Source: Candidatus Nomurabacteria bacterium (GTDB lineage Bacteria > Patescibacteriota > Minisyncoccia > Phycocordibacterales > UBA9973). Taken from it: a stretch of 64,000 nucleotides of DNA. A model generated the notes under the pieces. It had not been told where the DNA came from, ran no database searches, and saw nothing but the letters and a program-made list of their open reading frames with translations. The first letter of the stretch is position 1. Each line of letters starts with the position of its first letter. Below, in pieces: positions 1-6,861 of this stretch. The stretch covers positions 104,031 to 168,030 of the forward strand of contig JBPOHU010000001.1 of assembly GCA_052035195.1 (NCBI GenBank). Reading direction: 5' to 3'. Both the position numbers and the translations under genes were made by a program.

Positions 1-347
1 CCTTCTTTCTTTTGGATATCTTTCTCTACTTTTGATTGTGTGGCGATAGCTGCATGATCTGTACCAGGAAGCCATAGTGTCCGAAATCCTTGCATTCGTT
101 TATATCGAATAAGTATATCTTCGACAGTTAGCATTAGTGCATGGCCCATGTGAAGCACGCCAGTTACGTTTGGCGGTGGCATGATGATGGTATAAGGAGT
201 AGCAGTAGGTGCGGTATGCCCGTCTGCAATCATTTTATCAGGATTGAAATATCCAGACTTTTCCCAAAGCTCATAGGCAACCTTTTCTTCAAAGGCAGGG
301 TCGTACGGTTTTAACAGCTTTTCAGGCACATTTTGAGTACTTTGCAT
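1..347 (-). CDS. valS: valyl-tRNA synthetase, N-terminal part (gene continues upstream of window)
   Basis: Reverse translation gives MQSTQNV...[48 protein letters not shown]; HMGH and [10 protein letters not shown] are ValRS class I signatures. ATG at 345-347 (minus). Confidence 0.8.
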   Translation of the reverse strand, partial: MQSTQNVPEKLLKPYDPAFEEKVAYELWEKSGYFNPDKMIADGHTAPTATPYTIIMPPPNVTGVLHMGHALMLTVEDILIRYKRMQGFRTLWLPGTDHAAIATQSKVEKDIQKKE

Positions 348-435
348 GCAAAAATAATAACATTTTTATACACTTTTGGGGAGATATATTGACTTTTAAT
401 ATAAAAATGTTTAATTTAATATAAAAAATAATTAA

Positions 436-690
436 ATGAAATTACTTGAAAGCTTAAAGAATTCGGTGTCCGTAGAATTGACAGCTAATGACCCAAAAGA
501 GATAGTTGCTGCATGGAGAGTTATGGAACTGGCATTAAATGCTACAAAAGAAAGAAGTGAGATAGAAGAAGCTCTGGTATATACGAAAAGTCAAGAGTTT
601 ATCAAGTGTGTAGCATTACCTAATAATTACAGCACTTTCATACAAGATCACTTAGATTACTTGTTCCGGAAAAAGGGTTTACAAACTTAA
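436..690 (+). CDS. hypothetical small protein
   Basis: 84-aa ORF preceded by an AT-rich TTGACT promoter-like region; no recognisable domain. Confidence 0.3.
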   Translation: MKLLESLKNSVSVELTANDPKEIVAAWRVMELALNATKERSEIEEALVYTKSQEFIKCVALPNNYSTFIQDHLDYLFRKKGLQT

Positions 691-1875
691 ATTTCCATCA
701 GCGCGCAATTCATCCGGATTGCGTGTTTTTATTTCTCCAGAGAATATTTGGAGCATTCCAGCCAAACCTATCATGACGGCGTTGTCAGTAGCTAGCCAAG
801 GCTCAGGGAAAAGAAGAGTAATATTTGGAAATTCTTTTTCAACATTCTTTTTTAATTCTTCTCTAAGGTAAGTATTTCCGGCAACACCTCCTCCAACTAC
901 TACAGTTTGAGCATTGTGTTCTCTTATTGCATTTATAGTCTTTTTTACTAGTACTTCTATCGCAGCATTTTCAAACTCACAAGCTAAAGAACCTTTTTCT
1001 TCTTCTGTTAATTCTCGAGTGTTTTGATCTGTTATGTCACGAGTCGCATAGAGTACTGCCGTCTTGATACCAGAGAAAGAGAAATCATAATCTCCACTAT
1101 GAAGCATTGGTCTAGGCAGATCAAAAAGCCTTTCTTTGTTCAAATCTCTGTATTCTTTGGCCAATCGAGATATTGCAGGGCCTCCTGGGTATGGTAAACC
1201 AAGTACTCGAGCAACTTTGTCGAAAGCTTCTCCTACAGCATCGTCGCGAGTCTGGCCTATCTTTTGATACTTTCCAAAGTTTTCAGAAAGTACGAGTTCG
1301 GTATGTCCACCAGAAACCAAAAGAGAAAGTATAGGAAGTTCTGGTTTTTCTACTTGATAAACTTTTGAGCTAGATGAGCTTTCAACTTGCGAAATCATAG
1401 CTGTCACTACGTGTCCTTCCATGTGATTGATAGGAATAACCGGTATACCCCAAACTTTTGCTAATGCTCTAGCTGTATTTACTCCCACCCACAAAGCCGG
1501 TTCAAGACCAGGACCAACAGTGACAGCAATATAGTCTATGTCTGGCTTTTGATAATAAGTTAGAAAAGGTTCAAGATTTTCTTTGAGCTGAGATTCTTTT
1601 TCATTTAGAAAAGAAAGTGCTTCTGGCGTTATATGGAGAGGAATTTCTGGTACGTCTAGTAAATAAGCTTCATCGAGCGCTTGGGTGAGCATAGGCACCA
1701 TTTTTTCAGCGTGAGCTCTTTTTGCCAAAGCAGGGAAGACTCCGCCGTATTGTGCATGTATCTCTATTTGAGAAGACAAAGCATTACCAATAAGGGTAAA
1801 GGTGTTTAATCCTGTTTGCTCTAGTATCGCAATACCTGTCTCGTCGCAACTTGTCTCTATAGCTAGTATTTTCAT
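679..1875 (-). CDS. tsaD: tRNA N6-adenosine threonylcarbamoyltransferase TsaD (Kae1/Gcp family)
   Basis: MKILAIETSCDETGIAIL N-terminus, HMEGH metal motif, GGVAGN; typical TsaD. Confidence 0.85.
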   Translation of the reverse strand: MKILAIETSCDETGIAILEQTGLNTFTLIGNALSSQIEIHAQYGGVFPALAKRAHAEKMVPMLTQALDEAYLLDVPEIPLHITPEALSFLNEKESQLKENLEPFLTYYQKPDIDYIAVTVGPGLEPALWVGVNTARALAKVWGIPVIPINHMEGHVVTAMISQVESSSSSKVYQVEKPELPILSLLVSGGHTELVLSENFGKYQKIGQTRDDAVGEAFDKVARVLGLPYPGGPAISRLAKEYRDLNKERLFDLPRPMLHSGDYDFSFSGIKTAVLYATRDITDQNTRELTEEEKGSLACEFENAAIEVLVKKTINAIREHNAQTVVVGGGVAGNTYLREELKKNVEKEFPNITLLFPEPWLATDNAVMIGLAGMLQIFSGEIKTRNPDELRADGNLSL

Positions 1876-1916
1876 AAATTTTTACCCCGCTAGAAACAAG
1901 GTTTCTGTGGGGCGCA

Positions 1917-2327
1917 TTGCCACACTATAGCAAAAATATTGATTTTTTTCAAAGCTATGGTAATGTAAGAAAAAAAGTAAAAATGCATAAATATCTTGCA
2001 CAACTATTAGTATCTTTACCTAGCGATATACCAAATTTACCTTTTTACAATCTCCATAAAAACATAGACGGTGATAGTATTGGCAGTACTTATTCTTCAG
2101 ACATTGCAAATTCTTTATTTGAAGATTTTGATACTATGTGGAGTATCAGTGATCTTCAGAAACTCATCAATAAGTTTGATTTTAAGAAATTTCGATCATG
2201 TGTGTCAATTAAAATCTACGATCGAGAGAAAGATATGATCGAGACTCAATATGGAGTAAATGGAGTTGGGGACGCAGCGGTTAACTTTTTGATTTTTTTA
2301 ATAAAAAGAAAAATAGGGCTTAACTAA
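1917..2327 (+). CDS. hypothetical protein
   Basis: 136-aa ORF, no recognisable motif. Confidence 0.3.
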   Translation: MPHYSKNIDFFQSYGNVRKKVKMHKYLAQLLVSLPSDIPNLPFYNLHKNIDGDSIGSTYSSDIANSLFEDFDTMWSISDLQKLINKFDFKKFRSCVSIKIYDREKDMIETQYGVNGVGDAAVNFLIFLIKRKIGLN

Positions 2328-2345
2328 AAAATAGTTAGGCTTTTT

Positions 2346-2795
2346 TTATTGCTCTATATTTTTATGATTTTCGTGAGCCTTAGTGTGTAGGATTTCTAGT
2401 TTTTTTGAAATAAGGATAAGCTCGTCTTTTATATCAGCAATAGCTGTCACTTCATTTTTAAGATCTTCTTCTGTTCTTTCACTAAGTTTCTTTTCGCCAC
2501 GAAGACCAGAGAGGATAAGTTCATTACCAATAAAGCTAGAAGTGAATGCTCTAGTGAAGTACAAAATAATAAAACCAATTAAAAATGATAGTGGTCCGTC
2601 CCACCAAAGGCCAGATGGCAAACTCAAAGAAGAAGATAGAGATAGGCTACTAATCATTTCATGAAGGTAGTCTGCGCTGTGCCATACTCCACGCCAAAAT
2701 AAGACTATACCTATTCCAACTATTAGAGCGTATGTTTTTGGGTGATGACTAAGCTTTTCTTGGATTTTATGTTTTGTTTTTTTGAAGATACTCAT
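2346..2795 (-). CDS. hypothetical membrane protein
   Basis: 149-aa ORF with hydrophobic segments (IVGIGIVLFWRGVW, LIGFIILYF). Confidence 0.35.
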   Translation of the reverse strand: MSIFKKTKHKIQEKLSHHPKTYALIVGIGIVLFWRGVWHSADYLHEMISSLSLSSSLSLPSGLWWDGPLSFLIGFIILYFTRAFTSSFIGNELILSGLRGEKKLSERTEEDLKNEVTAIADIKDELILISKKLEILHTKAHENHKNIEQ

Positions 2796-2821
2796 GTTTC
2801 TATTTTACACTTTTTATTTTG

Positions 2822-2895
2822 TGCGCGATACAGGGATCGAACCTGTCACCTCAGCAATGTCAATGCTGCGCTCTAACCATATGAGCTAACCGCGC
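2822..2895 (-). tRNA. tRNA-Val (anticodon GAC)
   Basis: Reverse complement folds as a cloverleaf: acceptor GCGCGGT/ATCGCGC, D-stem GCTC/GAGC, anticodon stem CAGCA/TGCTG with loop TTGACAT, T-arm ACAGG-TTCGATC-CCTGT. No encoded CCA. Confidence 0.8.
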
Positions 2896-2983
2896 GAGTT
2901 GGTCAAAAAATTATAACAGGAATATCAAATATTTGCCAATAATAATATTTTGTGGTATAAAAAACTAAACTAAAACCATTATT

Positions 2984-3472
2984 ATGGAACTGAAAACCAA
3001 TGTTCTTTGCGATCTGCGGGGCGCAGATATAGCACTTTTTCCTCTGTTTGATAAAAACGGGATTGAATATAAAAAGTTTATTTCGAAAGAAGTCTCAGAG
3101 TGGGACATTATCGGAGTGGCTAGCCTGCCGCCATTTTTTTTGAACCGTTTAAATTTTTATGATGAAAACGGCAAAACTTATTTTAAGGACAAGGGAAAAG
3201 AAGTACCCGTTGTGATTTCTTCTATTAATTATGAACAACTTGAAAAAACCACCGTTTCCGAATTTTGGAACCAGTGCATGATGGTCGCTCATAAGGGGGT
3301 TCGGCCTCGTATTTGGATTCTGGCCCCAGATGATGTATGTAAGTACATCATTAGTCAATACATAGGAGAGGAGACTGCTGGCTTCTATCTCCATAATGAA
3401 GACACGGAGATCAACCTTTACTATGCTATCGAAAAAATTGGTAGCACAATAAAGGCCCATAAGATGTTTTAA
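2984..3472 (+). CDS. hypothetical protein
   Basis: 162-aa ORF between two tRNA genes; no recognisable domain; followed by a strong terminator. Confidence 0.4.
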   Translation: MELKTNVLCDLRGADIALFPLFDKNGIEYKKFISKEVSEWDIIGVASLPPFFLNRLNFYDENGKTYFKDKGKEVPVVISSINYEQLEKTTVSEFWNQCMMVAHKGVRPRIWILAPDDVCKYIISQYIGEETAGFYLHNEDTEINLYYAIEKIGSTIKAHKMF

Positions 3473-3482
3473 AATAATCAGC

Positions 3483-3508
3483 CACCCCAAGTAAGGGGTG
3501 GTTTTTTG
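3483..3508 (+). terminator. rho-independent terminator
   Basis: CCACCCC-aagtaa-GGGGTGG followed by TTTTTTG. Confidence 0.7.
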
Positions 3509-3559
3509 ATTTTTTAGGAACTCATGTTAGAATGTTTTCGCTCATAAGGCACAACTTAT

Positions 3560-3631
3560 GGCCCTATCGTCTATCGGTTAGGACGAAAGCTTTTCAAGCT
3601 TTAAAGCGGGGTTCGACTCCCCGTAGGGTCA
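3560..3631 (+). tRNA. tRNA-Glu (anticodon TTC)
   Basis: Cloverleaf: acceptor GGCCCTA/TAGGGTC, D-stem GTCT/GGAC, anticodon stem AAAGC/GCTTT with loop TTTTCAA, T-arm CGGGG-TTCGACT-CCCCG, discriminator A. Confidence 0.8.
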
Positions 3632-3643
3632 CAACGCAAAAAG

Positions 3644-3667
3644 AAAAACGCCTTCCAGGGCGTTTTT
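3644..3667. terminator. bidirectional intrinsic terminator nested in a longer inverted repeat
   Basis: AAAAACGCC-ttccag-GGCGTTTTT; the outer arms GGGTCACAACGC (3626-3637) and GCGTTGTGACCC (3669-3680) are also inverted. Confidence 0.6.
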
Positions 3668-3828
3668 CGCGTTGTGACCCTAAGTAAAACAACTGCTTGT
3701 TTTACGGCGGGGAGGCGAACAGCGGAGCTATATTTTTCTAGCAAGAAAAATAGGCGAGCTGGTGCCCAGACAAAATTTTTTGACTGAAAAAGTTTTAATC
3801 GAGGGAGACAAATGAAATGATCCCCGTA

Positions 3829-3855
3829 GGGTCACGAATTTGGGTAATAAAAAAG
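3829..3855 (+). repeat. repeat module M1 copy 1 (GGGTCACGAATTTGGGTAATAAAAAAG), preceded by duplicated tRNA-Glu 3' end
   Basis: Near-identical copies at 5160-5186 and 5799-5825. At this copy the 5' side extends to TCCCCGTAGGGTCAC (3821-3835), identical to tRNA-Glu 3' end 3618-3632. Confidence 0.8.
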
Positions 3856-3880
3856 CCTACAATGTTTTCATCATAGGCTT
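3853..3880 (-). terminator. intrinsic terminator of cassette gene A (minus strand)
   Basis: Minus-strand read: AAGCCTA-tgatgaaaacattg-TAGGCTT followed by TTTTTTATT. Confidence 0.6.
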
Positions 3881-3898
3881 TAAGTTCAGTAAAATACA

Positions 3899-4666
3899 TT
3901 ATGCAGGTATTGAGAACAGTTCCAGGGATTTTTTAACATAATCTCTGGCTGTTTCAATATTAAGGCTATCGTATTCTTTGTTACGCAGCCGTCCTTCTGC
4001 ATCAATGCTTAGGTCCGGGAAATCTTTTACCAACGGCTCGATCAGGTCAAGCGTTGTCGGGCTCAGTCCACCAGCTACACCCAGGCCGAAGTCATTCGGT
4101 TTTACACTTAATGCTTCCAGGTAGCTTCTGGCAATGTCAGGGTTAAATGGCTGTCCTGTTCCACCGCTCGGATCGAGCAGAACGTAGTCAATAAGACCAG
4201 CATATTCGCTGTGTACCTTGTCGGCCAACTTCTTTGGTGAATGTGATATTTCTTCAAAGGCACCACCGCCAATCTGCAGAACAATACTTTTGTCAGGATG
4301 CAGTTCTTTGTAATCCTCCAGTACTCTTACTGAAGGCCATGCGATGTTCAGCTGGAACCCGTTGAAGTGATTACCGGCGAGTTCAGTTACCAACAAAAGT
4401 TGTGGTAGCAGGCTTTCAGGTTCTTTGGTGTTGAAGTGCACCAGGTTCAGGCAGTCTTCAATGTTAGGAAAAATGTTTACCACTTCTCCGATTGCCGGAT
4501 AACGGCCGGGCCATTTGTTCGGAATTCCTTGCAGACTTTTACTGCTTGCGAGAACTCCCACCATCAACATCCTGTCTGCCTTTTTAAGGTCAGTACTGTC
4601 CAGGACGCCAAAGACTTCGGTAGGGGACATAAACCCCGTGATGCCAACATAAGGTTTCTTTTTCAT
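3899..4666 (-). CDS. phosphoribosylanthranilate isomerase (TrpF)-like TIM-barrel protein; cassette gene A
   Basis: MKKKPYVGITGF..., LLDPSGGTGQPFNPD and GLGVAGGLSPTTL match TrpF motifs (KICGIT / LLDxxGGTGxxFDW / LAGGL). Visibly higher GC than its neighbours. The ORF-finder's TTG start at 4723 probably just reads through the conserved leader. Confidence 0.5.
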   Translation of the reverse strand: MKKKPYVGITGFMSPTEVFGVLDSTDLKKADRMLMVGVLASSKSLQGIPNKWPGRYPAIGEVVNIFPNIEDCLNLVHFNTKEPESLLPQLLLVTELAGNHFNGFQLNIAWPSVRVLEDYKELHPDKSIVLQIGGGAFEEISHSPKKLADKVHSEYAGLIDYVLLDPSGGTGQPFNPDIARSYLEALSVKPNDFGLGVAGGLSPTTLDLIEPLVKDFPDLSIDAEGRLRNKEYDSLNIETARDYVKKSLELFSIPA

Positions 4667-4689
4667 TGTTAAATTTTTCTTTACATTAA

Positions 4690-4737
4690 CATTTCCATTA
4701 GATTCGTCAATATTAGGTTCCAAAACTCACTATAAAG
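4690..4737 (-). promoter_or_regulatory. conserved promoter/leader module M2, copy A (minus strand: TTGACG-N16-TGnTAATGT)
   Basis: Minus-strand read: ...GTGAGTTTTGGAACCTAATATTGACGAATCTAATGGAAATGTTAATGTAAAG..., near-identical to copies at 5752-5799 and 6443-6467, always directly upstream of a start codon. Confidence 0.6.
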
Positions 4738-4749
4738 TCTTGTGAACAA

Positions 4750-4785
4750 GAAAGCCGCCCATTTTATGGACGGCTACAACTTCAA
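4750..4785 (-). terminator. intrinsic terminator of the 79-aa gene (minus)
   Basis: Minus-strand read: GCCGTCCA-taaaa-TGGGCGGC followed by TTTCTTGTT. Confidence 0.5.
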
Positions 4786-4793
4786 AATCTTTT

Positions 4794-5033
4794 TCACAAT
4801 TTAACTGAAAGCAAAACCTTTGCAACCTCAACAACTTCTTCCAGATTTGAATATAAACCGTTTGCTATGCTTTCTACAAAATCTGTATAAAGATAGCATT
4901 CCGGTTCATTATCTCGTCTTTCGTTCATTGCACGTGATAGTCTACTAAGAGATTTTATGCTTTCAATTTCTTTAACTACTGCTTCTTTGGTTAACTTTTC
5001 CATGATTATTTGTTTTGTTTTCGCAACTAACAA
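4794..5033 (-). CDS. small hypothetical protein (79 aa; 69 aa if the ATG at 5003 is used)
   Basis: ORF with SD AAGGAAAC 9 nt upstream of the TTG at 5033; own canonical promoter and own terminator; sits between cassette units. Confidence 0.4.
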   Translation of the reverse strand: MLVAKTKQIIMEKLTKEAVVKEIESIKSLSRLSRAMNERRDNEPECYLYTDFVESIANGLYSNLEEVVEVAKVLLSVKL

Positions 5034-5065
5034 ATCAAAAAAGTTTCCTTAAAAGCCTTTAATTA

Positions 5066-5094
5066 ATATTAGCATATTATTAACACTTTGTCAA
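5066..5094 (-). promoter_or_regulatory. sigma70-type promoter TTGACA-N17-TAATAT (minus strand)
   Basis: Minus-strand read: TTGACAAAGTGTTAATAATATGCTAATAT. Confidence 0.55.
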
Positions 5095-5143
5095 TACTAT
5101 GTTAAACTGCATAAATAAATTAATACTTTTAACTATTAGTTTT

Positions 5144-5186
5144 CAAAACTCACTATAAAGGGTCACAAATTTGGGTAATAAAAAAG
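5144..5186 (+). repeat. M2 3' part fused to M1 copy 2 (CAAAACTCACTATAAAGGGTCACAAATTTGGGTAATAAAAAAG)
   Basis: Direct sequence identity with 5781-5825 and partial identity with 3829-3855 / 4721-4737. Confidence 0.8.
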
Positions 5187-5203
5187 AACTGAATAATCAG
5201 TCC
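5186..5203 (-). terminator. intrinsic terminator of cassette gene B (minus)
   Basis: Minus-strand read: GGACTGA-ttat-TCAGTTC followed by TTTTTTATT (the T-tract is the M1 A-run). Confidence 0.55.
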
Positions 5204-5229
5204 TTTAAAAAAATACTTTAGATTTAAAT

Positions 5230-5727
5230 CTATCTCTTTCCAACAAGGAATCTTGCTGTTGGGGATAAGGATATATTTTTATTTACCTCAATAAAACCAA
5301 GGTTGTAAAGACAACCGTTTCCATCTGGTTGTAAATAAACTATTCCCGGTATACCGTCACCATCGGATACATCATCCATTAGTGACACAATAGCTGTTCC
5401 ACGATCAAAATTAGTAGTTCTTAAGTGGTTAATGTAGTTAATAACATAAGTAACACTAATTTTTGAGTAACCCATCTGGAGACTTTTTTCTATTACGTCT
5501 TCCATTGTAAAAGTGTCACCGAGACCGAGATCGTTTTTATCAATAACACCTATTTCGCTCAATGGAGCAATAGGATTCTCGAGGGGTACATCTACCAATC
5601 TGCTGACGCTACCACCAGTCATTAGGTCTCCATAAATATCGTCTACATTTCTACTTTTTAATATTTTTTCTGCCTCTTTTACACTGAGGAATTGAGAAAA
5701 CCCATCTGTTCTAATTGTATAGTTCAT
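5230..5727 (-). CDS. hypothetical protein, cassette gene B
   Basis: 165-aa ORF, ATG directly downstream of M2 copy B with SD AAGGAAAA; AT-rich; no recognisable domain. Confidence 0.5.
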   Translation of the reverse strand: MNYTIRTDGFSQFLSVKEAEKILKSRNVDDIYGDLMTGGSVSRLVDVPLENPIAPLSEIGVIDKNDLGLGDTFTMEDVIEKSLQMGYSKISVTYVINYINHLRTTNFDRGTAIVSLMDDVSDGDGIPGIVYLQPDGNGCLYNLGFIEVNKNISLSPTARFLVGKR

Positions 5728-5751
5728 GTTAATAAATTTTCCTTACCTTAT

Positions 5752-5799
5752 CATTTCCACGATATTCGTCAATATAGGTTTCAAAAACTCACTACAAAG
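5752..5799 (-). promoter_or_regulatory. conserved promoter/leader module M2, copy B
   Basis: Minus-strand read: GTGAGTTTTTGAAACCTATATTGACGAATATCGTGGAAATGATAAGGTAAGGAAAATTTATTAAC-ATG; -35 TTGACG, 16-nt spacer, extended -10 TGATAAGGT. Confidence 0.6.
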
Positions 5800-5825
5800 G
5801 GTCACAAATTTGGGTAATAAAAAAG
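5799..5825 (+). repeat. repeat module M1 copy 3
   Basis: GGGTCACAAATTTGGGTAATAAAAAAG identical to 5160-5186. Confidence 0.8.
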
Positions 5826-5864
5826 CCCACATAATTGCGGACTTGTATAGATTTTTTTACAGAG

Positions 5865-6404
5865 CTATTTAGCTAAAAGCGCTTTCATTACCAATAAATG
5901 TGCGGCATCCTTTAATAACCCTGGAGCATTCAATATCATACCTTTCGGTTTAATATGACCAAAGTGTGTACTAGGAACTCTTCCCAATGAATTTATTCCG
6001 TTTAAAGGATCAAGAAAAAGGTTTTTTTCTTTAAGTAGGCTGACGCCTCTTCCCCAAAGTATTTCAGCCGTATGACTGAAATCCCATCTTGTTACAACAA
6101 CTGAGTAACGTCTACCATTGCGTTTACAATGTTTCCTTTGAATTGTAATAACAACATCAGATTCTACTTCATTTTTTGCTACTTCAAAAATAGGCGTATC
6201 AAATTTATGTATTCTTTCGATAGTATCTAAGCGTTCCTGTTTGGCAAGTTGCAATAAATTGCAATTTGGACCGATACAGGGTTCTTTTACAAATACTTTC
6301 AATTTGATATTTTTAAGCTCAAGATTAGGAATAGATATTCCGGCAATTTCTGCACAAGTGTACAACAAGGTATCTGGGTTTGGGGATAATATTAATGCAT
6401 CCAT
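5865..6404 (-). CDS. hypothetical protein, cassette gene C (contains an Rx4H motif RWDFSH)
   Basis: ORF with in-frame ATG at 6404 (MDALILSPNP...). The finder's longer version starts at 6485 inside the M2 leader and would overlap the HxlR stop. RWDFSH resembles a HEPN Rx4-6H motif, but this is tentative. Confidence 0.45.
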   Translation of the reverse strand: MDALILSPNPDTLLYTCAEIAGISIPNLELKNIKLKVFVKEPCIGPNCNLLQLAKQERLDTIERIHKFDTPIFEVAKNEVESDVVITIQRKHCKRNGRRYSVVVTRWDFSHTAEILWGRGVSLLKEKNLFLDPLNGINSLGRVPSTHFGHIKPKGMILNAPGLLKDAAHLLVMKALLAK

Positions 6405-6442
6405 ATAGACTGTTTTTGTGTAAAGATTTTTTACCACACTAC

Positions 6443-6467
6443 CATTTCCATGATATTCGTCAATATA
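6443..6467 (-). promoter_or_regulatory. conserved promoter/leader module M2, copy C (partial, abuts HxlR stop)
   Basis: Minus-strand read: TTATATTGACGAATATCATGGAAATGGTAGTGTGG; same -35 / conserved spacer GGAAATG / extended -10 TGGTAGTGT. Confidence 0.55.
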
Positions 6468-6469
6468 AC

Positions 6470-6757
6470 TTATTTCTTCCCCCAAGATTCCATAGCATCG
6501 ATAACTTTTTTAAGTTTTTTACCATTTGGAGTTAGGGCGTAGTGAAGCTCATCTTTTTTATAGATTATTTTCTCAGCTTCTAGTCTTTTGAGTTTTAGAG
6601 TTAGAGTTCTAGTGCTTATGCCTGCGAGAGATCGCTCTAGTTCACAAAACCTCATAGGATTATTTAATAAGTCACGAATAATAAGCATAGTCCATGTATC
6701 AGATAGGAGAGTCGCTGTTTTACTAACAGCACAAGATGTATGAGTAGAAGGCTTCAT
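6470..6757 (-). CDS. HxlR-family winged-helix transcriptional regulator
   Basis: CAVSKTATLLSDTWTMLIIRDLLNNPMRFCELERSLAGISTRTLTLKLKRLEAEKII matches the HxlR family pattern; divergent from a YceI-like gene. Confidence 0.65.
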   Translation of the reverse strand: MKPSTHTSCAVSKTATLLSDTWTMLIIRDLLNNPMRFCELERSLAGISTRTLTLKLKRLEAEKIIYKKDELHYALTPNGKKLKKVIDAMESWGKK

Positions 6758-6861
6758 ATAGACAAATCTAACATGTGTGCTGTACCATGTAAAGTACTGT
6801 ACAAAGTAAAGCAATAATATATACTCTTTTTATAACAATTATTTTTTAAATACAAAAAATT

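Noticed and set aside
3899-4723. ORF-finder version of cassette gene A starting with TTG at 4723 (274 aa)
   Set aside because: The first 19 codons read through the conserved M2 promoter/leader shared with two other genes. The internal ATG at 4666 with an upstream A-rich SD is the more plausible start.
3618-6470. Classical integron interpretation of the tandem array
   Set aside because: No intI and no attC-type imperfect palindromes with R''/L'' cores. Each unit has its own promoter and terminator, unlike promoterless integron cassettes. It is kept as 'cassette-array-like' only.
6758-6814. N-terminal extension of the HxlR-like ORF
   Set aside because: Family similarity begins after the internal Met (MKPSTH...). 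The extension is hydrophobic junk-like (MLYFVQYFTWYS).
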